Part shown: in pieces, positions 28,941 to 38,876 of the stretch
Layout of the letters: the number at the start of each line of letters is the position of its first letter
Numbering within the stretch: the first letter of the stretch is position 1
NCBI GenBank assembly: GCA_964472715.1
Contig: CAYYMT010000005.1
Coordinates: 1-53,769, forward strand
DNA from: an uncultured bacterium
GTDB taxonomy: Bacteria > Fidelibacterota > UBA2242 > JAFGTP01
Direction: 5' to 3'
DNA length: 53,769 nt
The notes under the pieces: generated by a model
The model's database searches: none
What the model was told of the DNA's origin: nothing
Seen by the model: only the letters and a program-made list of their open reading frames with translations
Program-made: the position numbers and the translations under genes

Positions 28941-29590
28941 CTTTTATCCTTTTGTCCTTCAGGGTTATAATAAACTGTTCCGCTGATTGGTTGACGAATG
29001 ACATTGATCAGTTCATCGAAATCCTTCTTATTGTTAACAAAGTCAATTTCATTGGTATTAATAATGATCAATGGCGTACGATTGTAGCGAAAAAAATATT
29101 CATTATAAATCTGGTTTAAAGATTCGATATATTCATCTGAGATATCACGCTCGTAATCCCGTCCCCGTTTAGCAATATTGCCCAGCAACCTTTCCGTATT
29201 GGCTTGTAAATAGACGATCAGGTCCGGTTTTGTCAATTCTTTCTCCAGCAGGGATGCAATTTTGTCATATAGCCCGAGTTCTTTGTCACTGAGATTCAGA
29301 TTAGCAAAGAGGCGATCTTTCTCAAACATATAATCACTGATCAGCATATTGTGAAAAAGGTCCACCTGCTTCAGTTCCAGTTGCTGTTTATACCGGCTTA
29401 GCAGGAAAAACATCTGGGCCTGAAACGCATACCGGTCGGGATCATTATAAAAATCCCCAAGAAATGGATTCTCTTCGAATTTTTCCAGAATTAATTTCGC
29501 TTTTAATCGCTGGGATAATAGTTTGGCAAAGCTGGTTTTTCCGGCACCGATAACACCTTCGATAGCGATGTAGTATAAATTCTTCATCAA
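28937..29590 (-). CDS. Deoxynucleoside kinase (dAK/dGK/dCK family)
   Basis: It has the IAIEGVIGAGKTSFAKLL P-loop, an ERD/DR motif context (MFEKDRLFA), and about 215 aa, which is typical of the family. Confidence 0.85.
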   Translation of the reverse strand: MMKNLYYIAIEGVIGAGKTSFAKLLSQRLKAKLILEKFEENPFLGDFYNDPDRYAFQAQMFFLLSRYKQQLELKQVDLFHNMLISDYMFEKDRLFANLNLSDKELGLYDKIASLLEKELTKPDLIVYLQANTERLLGNIAKRGRDYERDISDEYIESLNQIYNEYFFRYNRTPLIIINTNEIDFVNNKKDFDELINVIRQPISGTVYYNPEGQKDKR

Positions 29591-29602
29591 GTCTCCATTT
29601 TC

Positions 29603-30118
29603 TTAACTTTTCAGGCTTGCAATGTTTAATTCAACCACTTTTTCAACATTACTTTTATCTATACATTCATGCAGCAGCGCATTAACGGTTTTTCCGGTTT
29701 TGCTGCATTTATAATTTTTGTTTAACTGAACCATTGGTTTTAATACAAATAACCTTTCCTGAATCCTGGGATGCGGAATTTCAAGATTTTCTGTTTTCAT
29801 CACCAGGTTATCATAAAATTCAATGTCCAGGTCGATCAATCGCGGACCGTTTCGCCCGGTGTCAAAATTCCGCCCCATTTGCTCTTCGATATTTTTTAGT
29901 TCCAGCAACAGCAGGATGGGATCCAGTTCCGTGTTGATTTCGGCCACCGCGTTAAAAAACTTGCGTTGGTCTTCTTTGTACTTTGGGTCCGATTCATAAA
30001 CCGATGATATACCGATAAGTTCCGTTTTGGCCAGCCGGGTTATTTGTGAAAGCGCATTTTTTATATTTTCCAGCCGGTCGCCCATATTTGAGCCCAGCCC
30101 GATATAAACCTTTGCCAT
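29603..30118 (-). CDS. folK: 2-amino-4-hydroxy-6-hydroxymethyldihydropteridine diphosphokinase (HPPK)
   Basis: YIGLGSNMGDR, GPRLIDLDI and PHPRIQERLFVL are HPPK motifs. Its start overlaps the folB stop. Confidence 0.9.
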   Translation of the reverse strand: MAKVYIGLGSNMGDRLENIKNALSQITRLAKTELIGISSVYESDPKYKEDQRKFFNAVAEINTELDPILLLLELKNIEEQMGRNFDTGRNGPRLIDLDIEFYDNLVMKTENLEIPHPRIQERLFVLKPMVQLNKNYKCSKTGKTVNALLHECIDKSNVEKVVELNIASLKS

Positions 30119-30504
30119 TATACTTTTTGGAACTCCTCTTTTGTTCGGTTGATCTCTACTTCTACTGTATCCACAACACCATGTAAGGGGACATTGGGTT
30201 TTCGCAATCGAATAGTGACTTCTGAAAGTTTATAGTTTTCAAATATTTTATGAACAATATTACCGGCCAATGATTCTATCAGATGATAATTAGATTTCGT
30301 GACAATTTTTTCAACTAATTTATAAATTTCAACATAATTGATCGTATCATGAATATTGTCGGATTTTATTGCCTGTCGAAGGTCGGTTTTCAGTTCCAGG
30401 TCCACTTCAAATTTTCCACCCAGTTCTTTTTCTTCCTCAGCAGTTCCATGGTATCCGTAAAAGACCATATTTTTAATTCTAATTGTTCCCATCTTATCTT
30501 TCAA
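30118..30504 (-). CDS. folB: Dihydroneopterin aldolase
   Basis: 128 aa. FYGYHGTAEEEKELGGKFEVDLEL and TINYVEIY are FolB signatures. Confidence 0.9.
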   Translation of the reverse strand: MKDKMGTIRIKNMVFYGYHGTAEEEKELGGKFEVDLELKTDLRQAIKSDNIHDTINYVEIYKLVEKIVTKSNYHLIESLAGNIVHKIFENYKLSEVTIRLRKPNVPLHGVVDTVEVEINRTKEEFQKV

Positions 30505-30577
30505 TTTTCAGATAATTTACCCTAATGAGAGATTATAATCAAGTTGAAGAATCAGTGAAAAAAGGTTTAATATGACA

Positions 30578-30601
30578 AAGCCCCGAAAATGATCGGGGCT
30601 T
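30578..30601 (-). terminator. Hairpin between groEL and folB (terminator or attenuator)
   Basis: aaagccccga-aaatga-tcggggctt forms a 9-bp GC-rich stem. The downstream U-tract on the minus strand is weak. Confidence 0.5.
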
Positions 30602-30625
30602 TGGTCTGTATTATTGAATTTGATT

Positions 30626-32293
<1,668 letters not shown>

Positions 32294-32578
32294 TTACAGA
32301 ATTGCCATTATATCATTTTCATTCATAATTAAATAGTCTTCACCTTCATAGGTGATTTCTGTACCGGCATATTTACCGTACAGGACTTTGTCGCCAACCT
32401 TTAATTCCATTGGAGTTCTTTCGCCGTTATTTTTTAATTTACCGGATCCTACCGCGACGACCTCACCTTGCTGAGGTTTTTCTTTTGCTGTATCAGGCAG
32501 GATGATTCCCCCCGAAGTCTTTTCTTCTGCTACTGCAGGTTTTACTACTACTCGATCACCAAGAGGTTTAAGTTTCAT
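32294..32578 (-). CDS. groES: Co-chaperonin GroES (Cpn10)
   Basis: The protein starts [14 protein letters not shown]...[29 protein letters not shown] lies upstream of the ATG at 32578, so the ORF-track start at 32593 is probably too long. Confidence 0.97.
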   Translation of the reverse strand: MKLKPLGDRVVVKPAVAEEKTSGGIILPDTAKEKPQQGEVVAVGSGKLKNNGERTPMELKVGDKVLYGKYAGTEITYEGEDYLIMNENDIMAIL

Positions 32579-32728
32579 AAAAACTCCTTTCATTTTTCAA
32601 TTTATTGTTTCAATTTTTAAAAATTATGGACGGGCGCAGAAATTACAAAGCATGTGCCAGCGATTTTCCCAGTCAAAAAGGCATACCTTTTGTACTTTTG
32701 ACAAGACTAACAATCTTATAGGTGACGA

Positions 32729-33895
32729 ATGATACCAAGAAGAAACTTAATCCGGGCCCTAAAAAAATCAATCAAACAGCCCGGGTATGCTGTTCAAAAT
32801 CTGACGAAAAGACTGAAAGCCCATGTTGCTTATGCCTTTGGAAAGGGCCGTTCATCCTGGCCGGAAACCCTTTCATTGTTCATTACATACAGGTGTAATC
32901 TCAAATGTAAAATGTGTGGCCAGTGGGGTGATCAGGGTATCTTTAAAAACTATAACAAAAATGTCCTCAGCCACCAGTTGTCAACCGATACTATCCGCCG
33001 ACTTATTGTTGATGTAAAGCCATTTAAACCCAATATAACACTGTTCGGCGGCGAGCCGCTTATTGATCCGAACATTATGACAATCATTCGCGTCATAAAA
33101 GCAAACGGCCTGCGCTGCAATCTGATCACCAATGGTACCTTATTGGAAAAATACGCCGCTGAAATTCTTAACAGCGGTCTGGATGAAATCATTTTTTCCC
33201 TTGACGGCCCTTCTGAAATTCATGATTCTATCCGGGGAATTCCAGGTGCTTACGCCAGGGCTTTAAAAGGGTTTGATCTGCTCAACAAATTAAAAAAACA
33301 GAACACCAGTAATAAACCGTTTATCAATATTAACAGCACCATATTCGAAGATAATTATGGAAACTTACAAGAAACAATCGAGGCCGCCCGGGAATTTCAA
33401 CCTGACAATTTGACTTTTCATCATCTTTTATTTCTGGACAACAACCGCATTCCTGTTTTTCAAAAAAAATTCCAAGAACAGTTTGGCCAGATTCCTTATG
33501 ACTGGAATGGTTTTGGTGTTGACCAAATTCCAAATATCGATCCGATGGCCATTATATCTCAGATAAAAAACATTAAGGCGATCAAACATCCTTTTAACGT
33601 GGGCTTTTATCCGAATTTAAATAATGACGATATAAAAAAATGGTATACATCTTTTGAGTTCAAATCCAACAGTTATCGCAACAGGTGTCTCAGTTTATGG
33701 ATGACCGCTTATATTTTTCCCGACGGAACAGTTCGCCCTTATCATACCATGAATTATGATATTGGTAATATTAATAATGAATCATTTTTGACAATATGGA
33801 ATAATAATAAATTCCAAAAATTGCGGCGTCATATCATCAAGCACAAATCTTTTGAAGTATGCTCTAAAGGCTGCACGGAATTTTTCCGATATTAA
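32729..33895 (+). CDS. Radical SAM enzyme with a degenerate SPASM/twitch-like C-terminus
   Basis: It carries a CxxxCxxC cluster (YRCNLKCKMCGQWG), a GGEPL SAM-binding motif, and C-terminal Cys residues (RCLSLW...PDGTVRPY...VCSKGC). Confidence 0.85.
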   Translation: MIPRRNLIRALKKSIKQPGYAVQNLTKRLKAHVAYAFGKGRSSWPETLSLFITYRCNLKCKMCGQWGDQGIFKNYNKNVLSHQLSTDTIRRLIVDVKPFKPNITLFGGEPLIDPNIMTIIRVIKANGLRCNLITNGTLLEKYAAEILNSGLDEIIFSLDGPSEIHDSIRGIPGAYARALKGFDLLNKLKKQNTSNKPFININSTIFEDNYGNLQETIEAAREFQPDNLTFHHLLFLDNNRIPVFQKKFQEQFGQIPYDWNGFGVDQIPNIDPMAIISQIKNIKAIKHPFNVGFYPNLNNDDIKKWYTSFEFKSNSYRNRCLSLWMTAYIFPDGTVRPYHTMNYDIGNINNESFLTIWNNNKFQKLRRHIIKHKSFEVCSKGCTEFFRY

Positions 33896-33959
33896 TTTTG
33901 TTTATGTTTGATAATAATAGGCTGAATAATTAAATTGTAGAAAATTTGGGACACAGAGA

Positions 33960-34325
33960 ATGAAAAAGATATTGATTATAGATGACGATTATGAAATCCG
34001 TGAAATACTTGCCACTTATTTGACCGACCAAAATTTTGAAACTGAAACCGCAGAAAATCTTACAACTGCTGAACAAAAAGTTGTTGCTTTTAAGCCGGAC
34101 CTGATTTTGTTGGATATGATTCTACCTGACGGACATGGAAATGATTTTTTACAAACTTTACAAAAGAAAAATATCAAAATTCCGGTGATCATGGTTACCG
34201 GTGTAACGGAAAAAGATGTCGCTCTTAAATCCTTAGAGTTAGGCGCCACTGACTATATAACCAAACCTATAGATTTACAATATTTATCGACGAGTGTTAT
34301 CGCAAAATTATTAACTGCATTATAA
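33960..34325 (+). CDS. Single-domain response regulator (CheY-like receiver only)
   Basis: 121 aa with an IIDDD acidic pocket, LILLDMILPDG (phospho-acceptor Asp), VIMVTG, and YITKP (conserved Lys). It has no output domain. Confidence 0.9.
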   Translation: MKKILIIDDDYEIREILATYLTDQNFETETAENLTTAEQKVVAFKPDLILLDMILPDGHGNDFLQTLQKKNIKIPVIMVTGVTEKDVALKSLELGATDYITKPIDLQYLSTSVIAKLLTAL

Positions 34326-34338
34326 AATCAGGGATTAA

Positions 34339-35559
34339 ATGCATATAAAGAACATCATTAATCCAGGATATTTTTTCTTCAGTATTCTACTAATCCTGCT
34401 CGTAAATAATGGAATGGCGGCCAATGGTGATTATCAGCTGCGGGTGGGAGACAAAATTCAGATTACTTACATGGACCTTGATGAAAATAATAATTATGTA
34501 GAACGTCAGGATAATTTTACGATTTATAGTGACGGCACCGTTCGGCACTCCATTATCGGAAAAATCAAATTAACACAACTGAGTACGCAACAAGCGGAAT
34601 CCAAATTATACCGGGCATTGGAAAAATATTATACTAATCCCAGAGTAAGTTTGGTTCTGCTGGAGAAAAGTTCCATTGAAGTCCTTTTATACGGCGCTGT
34701 AAGTAACAGCGGTATCATCAAGACGCCACCGGGTACAAAAGTAGCCGAATTTTTACTGACTGAAGGGAAAATGAAAACCGAGGCCGATCTCAGCAAAATC
34801 CAGATCATCAGTGAGCAGGGGGAGAAAAACCAGTTCAGCCTGCCTGATTTTCTTTATAATAATGATACCTCGCAAAACAAACCCTTAAAAAATAATGATA
34901 AGATCATTGTGCCAACCTATGCCGATCGTAATTTCACAAATATCGTTGCTGATGATTATGTATTGAAATTTGGAAATGTCATAAAAATCATTATTTATGA
35001 ACGCAGTAAAGGGATTAACGGTGACAACAGCACTGATATTTTAACCCTAGATGAAGAAGGGTATATTTACCATAACCTGATTGGGAAAATCCATCTTGGC
35101 GGATTGAATATAGAAACTGCCGAGCAACAAATTACACAGGCGGCCCGGGAATATATGCAGGATCCGGTGGCTGAAATTTCAATTGTCAATATCAGTTCCC
35201 GCCAGGTTTATATTTTTGGCGAAGTCAATAACCCTGGGTACCATCCTTTAAAAGGCACTATTAAATTATCAGAATTTATTGCTAAATCGGCTGGTGGTAT
35301 GAAACAAACGGCTGATATTAAAAATATTATGGTCAACCGTAAAAATGGCCACCGCTACACTTTTAATTTTGAAGATTTTCTTTATGACCGAGACGACAGC
35401 GGAAACCTGGAACTGGAAGATGGGGACAGGATTATTGTACCTCCCAGCAGACAGGGCCTGGGTTATAAAATATCCGAATCCTTACGACGTTATTACTGGA
35501 TATTACAATTTTTCACAACCACAATTTCCCTATATTTGTTGGTCCAAAACCTGAAGTAA
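34339..35559 (+). CDS. Polysaccharide export protein (Wza-like; Poly_export/SLBB repeats)
   Basis: It has a signal peptide and two repeats of the Y.L..GD.I.I motif (YQLRVGDKIQITY and YVLKFGNVIKIII). SLBB-like segments follow (VYIFGEVNNPGYHPL, GDRIIVPP). Confidence 0.75.
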   Translation: MHIKNIINPGYFFFSILLILLVNNGMAANGDYQLRVGDKIQITYMDLDENNNYVERQDNFTIYSDGTVRHSIIGKIKLTQLSTQQAESKLYRALEKYYTNPRVSLVLLEKSSIEVLLYGAVSNSGIIKTPPGTKVAEFLLTEGKMKTEADLSKIQIISEQGEKNQFSLPDFLYNNDTSQNKPLKNNDKIIVPTYADRNFTNIVADDYVLKFGNVIKIIIYERSKGINGDNSTDILTLDEEGYIYHNLIGKIHLGGLNIETAEQQITQAAREYMQDPVAEISIVNISSRQVYIFGEVNNPGYHPLKGTIKLSEFIAKSAGGMKQTADIKNIMVNRKNGHRYTFNFEDFLYDRDDSGNLELEDGDRIIVPPSRQGLGYKISESLRRYYWILQFFTTTISLYLLVQNLK

Positions 35560-35562
35560 ATT

Positions 35563-38553
35563 ATGACACAGTATGAATTAAATTTTAATGATTATTGGCG
35601 GATAATTAAAAAGAAGAGATGGTTAATTATCTTTACCGCTGTAATGCTGACTTTTTTCAGTCTGTTGTTTACCATCATTAACAAGCCAACACCCATATAT
35701 GAAGCCACATCCAGTATTCAAATCGAGAAAAACACCTCCCTCACCGGTCTGTACATGGAAAGTGTCTCCTGGAATTATGGCGGTGATCTCGCCACCCGCG
35801 CAGCAGTTCTCAAAAGTTATAATATGATCGAAAAAGCAGCCAAGGATTTGGGGCTGATTGATTCGAACCTCACCAGTGAAGAAATTAAACAGAATAAAAA
35901 ATATTTCAATATCATCGAAGGACTGAAATCCCGTGTCACCACCGAACAGGAAGGCTACACCAATATCATAAATATCAATGTGAGAAGCCATCAGCCGGAA
36001 TTGGCCCGTGACCTCGCAAACTCCCTGGCCCGTACTTACCAGCGGGAAAATTTTATTCAAAAAAATGCAAAAACCAACAATGCCATCAACGCGCTCAAGC
36101 AACAACTTGAAAATGCCGAAGAAGATTATCAGGCAACCGAGTTGGAACTTCAAAAGTTCCGGCAAAAAAATAAATTTTTAACCCTTCTTGGAAAATCCAA
36201 TATACTGTCAGAAAATATTCTCAAGAAAGAAAAGAAAATAGAAGAACTCAGTTCCGATATTCAAAATATTAACCAGGCAATAAAAAAAATCCGGCTGGAT
36301 GAAAGATATTTACAATACCTGTCTCTGAATTTACTACTGTATAATAAAAACAATGTGCTGGCCTCCCTGCAAACCAATTTGGACAAATACAACCGTCAGT
36401 TAGATGAATTACGGCAATATTACACTGCTGAGCATCCAAAAGTAAAAAATTTGATAGTGCAATCCAATGTACTGGAAAAAAACATTATTGAGGAATTGGT
36501 TTCTTTCCAGCAAACTCTGCAGGAAATTCGTTTACAGGAGACCAAAAAACTGGAACAACTGAATCGCGAATATAACGCCTTACCGGCTTTAAGTCAGGAA
36601 ATCGAGAATCTGCAACGGGAACTGGAAACCAGCCGTAATATCTATGAAAAATTAAAAGTCAACTATTTGCAATCAATGGTCAAAAAAACAGAAAACATTC
36701 AGGAAGTTTTTCTAATTCGACCCGCTTTTCTGCCAACTAATCCAATTAACGCCATCAGACTCACACCCACAGGCCTGGCCGGTCTGATCATCGGCATAAT
36801 TTTCGGAATTATTTTAGCCTTCATTGCTGAGACCCTGGATACGACTTTTCGAACAATTGATGATATCGAGCAAACCTTAGGAACTACTGTTCAGGGTATT
36901 ATCCCATTTATCGACGCCAATGATTTTAAATCCACTCTCTACAGCGATGAAGAGGAGGATATTTCACCTGAAATAATTCAGAACCGCACCCGCCTGATGA
37001 CCCATTTTGCGCCGAAATCAACAATTGCCGAATCTTATCGCAGCCTGCGGACAAATATCAATTTTTCTTTAATGGAAAAAAATTACAAAACAATTCTGGT
37101 GACATCATCGGTTGCCGGTGAAGGTAAAACCACCACCGCCACCAATCTGGCCCTGTCCATGGCGCAAACCGGATTAAGGACATTGCTTGTTGAAGCTGAT
37201 TTGCGTAAGCCAAGAGTATCAAAAACACTTGGTATTGAGAGAGTTCCCGGCCTGACAGATTATATCTTGAATCGGGAACCACTGGAGGGATGTATTCGGG
37301 ACATGAGTGATTTATTGATGGGCAGCCTTGGCCAGGATACTATGAAAGAAGATGCTATTCCCGGAATTGAATACCTCAATATTTTACCGGCGGGAAAAAT
37401 AGAACGAAACCCATCGGAGATCATCGCCGGAAAAAAACTGGACACACTGATCAAAACAGTCAGGGACCAATACGACATTGTAATATTCGACTCGGCGCCA
37501 ATTATTCAGGCCACTGATACCGTCGTGCTGGCGTCAAAAGTAGACACCAACCTGATTGTCTACTACCAGGGAAAAATATCCCGCCACACATTACGACGGG
37601 CAAAAAACCAGCTGGAATTAATAAAATCTTCTGTTCTTGGTATTGTCATCAATGGAATGCGGGCTGATATCAGTTCTGATTATGTGGATTATAAATACAA
37701 ATACGATTATCTCTACAGCTATGGTGACCACGACCAGCTGGAAGAAACAGGATGGCTCAGCAAGATTAAAACCATCTTTATCAAACCGGAAACCAATATT
37801 CATCATACATTCATTTCCAGAATAAAAAAATTACCGGTATTTTTTGTCATTGCCTTAATATCCTTGTTTGGATTAATCGGATTATACAGGATAAACGCCA
37901 GTAAGGATGAAAAATCAGAAGCATTGCAAACAGTGCAATCCCCAGATCAGCCGGCATCGGTGAATCAAACACAAACATCACCAGTAAAACTCAAAGAGTT
38001 ACAGGAACAACACAATATTCGTCCTGATGAGGAACCGGCAGAACCGGTTACAAATCAGCAGGAGAGCCCGGTCCGAACAGTAAAAAAGCAACCTTCCGGT
38101 GCGACATTCGATCAATCTGTGGATGATGATCATATTCTACAAACGGATATCAATGCGGGTTACACATACCAGGTTTTCAGGACCACGGAAAAATCAGTGG
38201 CCGTAGAGAAAACAGAGCGGCTGCGGGAAACAGGGCTAAAGACCTTCATGTCAATCGACTATTCAAACCCTGAAATTAAGCATTACCGGGTGTGTCTGAA
38301 TTTATTCAAAAGCAGACCGGAAGCAGAAAAGGCCATTGCATCTATCAGAAGAGCAGAATTAAAAAGTGGCCTGGAAATTTTATACTTACCCTATTCCATC
38401 ATTCTGAGTGCTGAAAACTATGATGAAAGCAATCCTTATCATTTTAGGGCCAACAATTTTTACCTGGCCGGCGCTTTTAAGAATAGCCTTACTGCCAATA
38501 TTTTTCGTAAAAGCACAGAAGAATTACACCAAAATGATATTGCTAAACGATGA
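35563..38553 (+). CDS. Wzc-like polysaccharide co-polymerase / BY-tyrosine kinase fused to an extra TM segment and a SPOR-like C-terminal domain
   Basis: The order is Wzz-type N-terminus with TM1, a long coiled coil, TM2, then a P-loop kinase (VTSSVAGEGKTTTATNLA, LLVEADLRKP, IVIFDSAPI). The Tyr cluster DYVDYKYKYDYLYSY follows, then a third TM segment, a P/Q-rich linker, and YTYQVFRT...HYRVCLNLFKSRPEAEKA. Confidence 0.85.
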   Translation: MTQYELNFNDYWRIIKKKRWLIIFTAVMLTFFSLLFTIINKPTPIYEATSSIQIEKNTSLTGLYMESVSWNYGGDLATRAAVLKSYNMIEKAAKDLGLIDSNLTSEEIKQNKKYFNIIEGLKSRVTTEQEGYTNIININVRSHQPELARDLANSLARTYQRENFIQKNAKTNNAINALKQQLENAEEDYQATELELQKFRQKNKFLTLLGKSNILSENILKKEKKIEELSSDIQNINQAIKKIRLDERYLQYLSLNLLLYNKNNVLASLQTNLDKYNRQLDELRQYYTAEHPKVKNLIVQSNVLEKNIIEELVSFQQTLQEIRLQETKKLEQLNREYNALPALSQEIENLQRELETSRNIYEKLKVNYLQSMVKKTENIQEVFLIRPAFLPTNPINAIRLTPTGLAGLIIGIIFGIILAFIAETLDTTFRTIDDIEQTLGTTVQGIIPFIDANDFKSTLYSDEEEDISPEIIQNRTRLMTHFAPKSTIAESYRSLRTNINFSLMEKNYKTILVTSSVAGEGKTTTATNLALSMAQTGLRTLLVEADLRKPRVSKTLGIERVPGLTDYILNREPLEGCIRDMSDLLMGSLGQDTMKEDAIPGIEYLNILPAGKIERNPSEIIAGKKLDTLIKTVRDQYDIVIFDSAPIIQATDTVVLASKVDTNLIVYYQGKISRHTLRRAKNQLELIKSSVLGIVINGMRADISSDYVDYKYKYDYLYSYGDHDQLEETGWLSKIKTIFIKPETNIHHTFISRIKKLPVFFVIALISLFGLIGLYRINASKDEKSEALQTVQSPDQPASVNQTQTSPVKLKELQEQHNIRPDEEPAEPVTNQQESPVRTVKKQPSGATFDQSVDDDHILQTDINAGYTYQVFRTTEKSVAVEKTERLRETGLKTFMSIDYSNPEIKHYRVCLNLFKSRPEAEKAIASIRRAELKSGLEILYLPYSIILSAENYDESNPYHFRANNFYLAGAFKNSLTANIFRKSTEELHQNDIAKR

Positions 38554-38876
38554 AGAAAAAAATTATCAAAAACAAACGGGATCAATTATGGATAGTCATA
38601 TCACTGACCCTCGCTATAATCATTAGTTTTTTAGTCTCCTATTTATCTCAAAAATCCAATTTAAAAATTAATTACGGAGCGCCTGCCGACACCAGCATTT
38701 ACCAAAGAGGCTCCGCCATTCGCAAAGAAACCCATAACAGACAGAATTATGAACGGGACTACCGTCAAAAAAGCAGGGAATGGCAGAACCGGTATTCCAA
38801 AATTTTGGAAAACAAAGAAGATGAAACAAATCTGAAACCCTTGCAATTGCAAGATACAAATAAAAACGAAAATTGA
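38550..38876 (+). CDS. Hypothetical membrane-anchored protein with an R/Q/N/E-rich tail
   Basis: 108 aa with a basic N-terminus and one TM segment (LWIVISLTLAIIISFLVSYL), then a polar tail. Both its start and its stop overlap neighbouring genes. No family was recognised. Confidence 0.5.
   Translation: MKKKIIKNKRDQLWIVISLTLAIIISFLVSYLSQKSNLKINYGAPADTSIYQRGSAIRKETHNRQNYERDYRQKSREWQNRYSKILENKEDETNLKPLQLQDTNKNEN

Noticed and set aside
32641-32660. Sigma54-like -24/-12 element (cTGGCACatgcTTTGTaatt on the minus strand) about 60 nt upstream of groES
   Set aside because: The -12 element reads TTGT rather than the conserved TTGC, and no enhancer-binding protein is nearby. It could be a chance match, and I cannot score it without a PWM and the genome background.
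32579-32728. Expected CIRCE (TTAGCACTC-N9-GAGTGCTAA) or sigma32 promoter upstream of groES
   Set aside because: I searched both strands by eye and found no CIRCE inverted repeat and no CTTGAAA/CCCCAT pair. Heat-shock control here is unresolved.
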